Shown here: in pieces, positions 60,620 through 64,000 of the stretch
How positions within the stretch are numbered: position 1 is the stretch's first letter
Layout of the letters: each line of letters begins with the position of its first letter
Assembly: GCF_001194135.2 (NCBI RefSeq)
Contig: NC_069000.1
Location: forward strand, 29,814,547-29,878,546
Length of the DNA stretch: 64,000 bases
Reading direction: 5' to 3'
DNA from: Octopus bimaculoides
Taxonomy: Eukaryota
Translations under genes and position numbers: made by a program
The notes under the pieces: model-generated
Seen by the model: the letters and a program-made list of their open reading frames with translations, nothing else
Database searches by the model: none
What the model was told of the DNA's origin: nothing

Positions 60620-62147
60620 TAATGATGAACATGCTGAAGAACTTGCTCTAATAGCTGAGTCACTATCGGAACTAGTAGAGAAGTTTCAGGTGTGGAAGCA
60701 AGGTATAGAATTGAAGGGCCTCAGAGTCAATCTAGCAAAAACCAAAGTCTTAGTAAGTAGGAAGACAGACAAATCACAAATTCCTTCAGGTAGATGGCCC
60801 TGCTCATTCTGTAAAAAAGGCATAGGTAGAAACTCCATTAGATTCACCCAGTGTTAGCTACGAACACATAAAAGGTGCAGCAATATCAAAGGAAGGCTAA
60901 CTGGGAAGATAGTTTTTGTGTGTGACAGATACACAGGAGTAATAAGCACTGAGAATGTACAGAAAACGGCTTCCATCACATGCCAGGAGGAAAAACTAGA
61001 AGTAGTTGATAGCTTGCTTCCATTACCTAGGTGACCAAGTCAGTAGCAAGGGTGGATGCTCTGAGAGTGTAGCTGCTAGAATAAGAATAGCCTGGGCAAA
61101 GTTCAGAGAGCTCCTACCTCTGCTAGTAACAAAGGGACTCTTGCTCAAAGTGAAAGGTAGACAGTATGATGCATGTGTGCAAACAGCCATGCTACATGGC
61201 AGTGAAACATGGGCTGTGACTGCTGAGGACATGCATAAGCTTGCAAGGAATGAGGCTAGTATGATCCACTGGATGTGTAATGTCAGTGTGCATACACTAC
61301 AGAGTGTGAGCACCCTGAGAGAAAAGTTGGACATAAGAAGCATCAGATGTGGTGTGCAAGAGAGACAACTGCACTTGTATGGTCATGTGTTGCATATGGA
61401 TGAGGACAGCTGTGTGAAAAAGTGTCACACCCTGACAGTGGAGGGAACCTATGGAAGAGATAGACCCAAGAAGACCTGGGATGGGGAGGGGAAGCACGAC
61501 CTTCGAACGTTGGGCCTCATGGAAGCAATGACAAGCGACCGAGACAAGCAAGGTGAGACTGTAGCCTATGTCAGTGTTGCATAAGCGGCTAATTTAAGAG
61601 TACCCTTTAATCATTGGGCAATGTGCTGTGAGAAGACCTGTTGAGTCAAGTGAAATCACTGTCGTAGCCAATGCTAGTACTGTCTGACTGGCACCTGTGC
61701 CGGTGGCACGTAAAAAGCACCATACGAATGTGGTTGATGTTAGTCCCACTGGACTGGTTCCCATGCCAGTGGCACGTAAAAAGCACCATATGAATGTGGT
61801 TGATGCTAGTAGCACCTTATTGGTCCTGTGCCGGTGGCATGTAAAAAGCACCATTCAAGCATGGTCGTTGCCAGTGCTGCCTGACTGGTTCCCATACCGG
61901 TAGCATGTAAAAAGCACCATTCAAGCATGGTCAAAGCCAGTACCATCTGACTGGCCCCTGTGCCAGTGGCACATAAAAAGCACCCACTACATTCTCAGTG
62001 TGGTTGGCATTAGGGAGGGCATCCAGCTGTTGAAACCTTGCCAGATCAGATTGGAGCCTGGTGCAACCTCCTGGCTTGCCAGTTCTCAGTCAAACCGTCC
62101 AATCCATGCCAACATGGAAAGCAGACGCTAAACTGTGATGATGATAC
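60620..62147 (+). mobile_element. 5'-truncated RTE-clade LINE (end of RT, C-terminus and 3' UTR with (GAT)n tail)
   Basis: HAEELALIAESLSE (YADD relic), LKGLRVNLAKTKV, YLGDQVSSKGG, LHGSETW, LYGHVLHM, GRDRPKKTW. The 3' UTR has 66-bp repeats and ends gatgatgat. Confidence 0.9.
61655..61985 (+). repeat. 66-bp tandem unit x5 in the RTE 3' UTR
   Basis: AAAAAGCACC at 61712, 61778, 61843, 61909 and 61975. Confidence 0.9.
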
Positions 62148-63001
62148 TTATAGAAGATAACAGATGGGTAAAGCGCCATGAGATTTTAAACCCTGTGGAG
62201 CCCATTTTTCTCCAGATATGAACACAGTTGATTTCTTCCAGACAGAAAAGGGGAAGTGAGAAAGAAAATGAGTAGAAGAAGGAAAAGAAAACTTGATCTT
62301 GATGAGCTTTGAACTCAGTACAGAAAGCCAGAAAGAATACTGCAAAGTATTCTGTCTGACATTCTAACAAAACTGCCAACTAATCTCCAATGTGCAGAAG
62401 AATTTATATCTAGACACATATATTCCCCCACACATACACTCACATACTTGTCAAAGTCTTTAATGGTTGAATCTTATATTATATAAGAAAAGCTGATCTC
62501 TGGCTGTTTGTCAATAACAACATCTGTGTAGAGGAAAGAAGAGGTGGGGGAGAAAATGTTGTTGAGATAAAAATACAGTGAGAGAGAGATGCAGTGAGAG
62601 AGAGAGTGTGTGTGTGTATGTGTAAAATATAAATAAATAGGTAGTGTTGTCACCTAAGTAACTACAAAGTTTTAATTAAAAACGTGGGAATTTTAAGTGC
62701 AAGTCTGTCAACACAACACAGCATATACATAATACATATAGTTATTTTTTCTTTGGTTATTTGTGTGTTTTTGAATGTCTTTTGACATAGAGACAATGTT
62801 ACACAGACTTTAAAAAAGATTTTCATGTTGAACAATTTATGAAGGCACATGCATGATTAACAAATATTATTACTGACAGTATAGTGACAGGTAACGATGT
62901 AGTCTTCAAAAGATTCAAATAAGTGTATGAATGCCAGCTCTTAATCCAATCTTATAAACCAAAAAGCAAAGGACTAACCCATAGAGCAAAAAGAAGATTA
63001 C

Positions 63002-63052
63002 CTGGCATCTTTGATCCTAATCTTTTCACTCTGATCCTGTTCCACAGGTAAA
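63002..63052 (-). CDS. Uncharacterised coiled-coil/giant-exon protein: first in-window exon (gene continues beyond 64000)
   Basis: ttgtttttacag|T...CAG|gtaatc, 51 nt, phase 2-2. Reads LPVEQDQSEKIRIKDA(R) and joins the next exon in frame. Confidence 0.75.
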
Positions 63053-63242
63053 CTGTAAAAACAACAAAATATTCCAATGTCAGCTGTTCACACAGTGGTT
63101 GTAGGTTCAATCTCAGTTTAAGTACAAATACATATTTAAGATGAATTTCATTGATTTAACATCATCATTATCAACATAAAAATTTATCCTTATTCTTAGA
63201 AAATATTATCATCATTTTAAACTAATGTACAATGCCATTTTC

Positions 63243-63275
<33 letters not shown>

Positions 63276-64000
63276 TGTGTGTGTGTGTGAATTGTTTTAT
63301 GTATGATAAATTGAATGATTACATGTGTGTAGGTTACATGTGGATTTGGTAGATGGAAACTGAAAGAAGCCCATCATATATGTGTATGTGTGTGTTTGTC
63401 TCCCACCACTGCTTGACAACCAGTGTTGGTGTGTTTCCATTCCCATAACTTAGCAGTTTGGCAAAGAGGGTGATAGAATAAGTACCAGGTTTAAAATAAA
63501 TAAGTGCTGGGATCGATTTATTTGACTAAAATTCTTCAAGGTGGTGCCCCAGCATGGCAGCAGTCTAAAGACTGGAACAAGTAAAAGACAATGTAAAATA
63601 TTTGTATGATTATCATGTGTATGTAGTGCATGTGTATTTGAAATATATATATAAAATTTAATTAGAGGATATGTTAACCTCATGCAGGGATGATTGCATC
63701 CAAAGAAATACTGGTTCAATACCTAGTATTGCTGGGGAATGAAATTCCCTTAAAACAATAGCTATATATTAAGCATATAGTTTATATCCATTTAAAAGAA
63801 GAAAAGAAAATGGAGATAAGGAAGTTAACAATTATTTATTATTAACAAATTGGTTATTTTCGCTTCTTACAACTGTTTCAATTAATACTCAATGATTTGT
63901 ACATTAAATTTGCATTTATGTGACATCATCATCATCGTTGTTTAATGTCCACTTTCCATGCTAGCATGGGTTGGATGATTTGACAGAGGACTGGTGAACC

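Overview
AT-rich (by eye), microsatellite- and SINE-dense animal genomic DNA with three N gaps. The repeat families look like those of octopod cephalopods (inferred from memory of the families, not searched). Two convergent multi-exon genes can be built by hand from GT-AG sites with consistent phases. (1) TMEM145, a 7TM protein of the GPR180/TMEM145 family, lies on + with 10 coding exons from 1466 to 33864; its 5' exons are upstream of the window. (2) An unidentified large protein on - has coiled-coil exons followed by a 6,502-bp disordered coding exon (46794-53295). It covers about 2,700 aa in this window, probably stops at 41472, and its 5' end lies beyond 64000. Introns and the intergenic region carry two Helitrons with both termini, a decayed full-length mariner, RTE, Tx1/L1, CRE-like and R4/Dong-like LINE fragments, a Helentron-like element, TTAA MITEs and many tRNA-derived SINEs. 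The most interesting observations are a minimal type I hammerhead-ribozyme fold, a repeat/spacer-like array and a well-spaced CCAAT-TATA-Inr inside a Helitron, SxIP motifs in the giant exon, and a 13-nt microexon that would restore the reading frame. No prokaryotic-type system, rRNA or true tRNA gene was found. Repeat boundaries are approximate unless termini are quoted.
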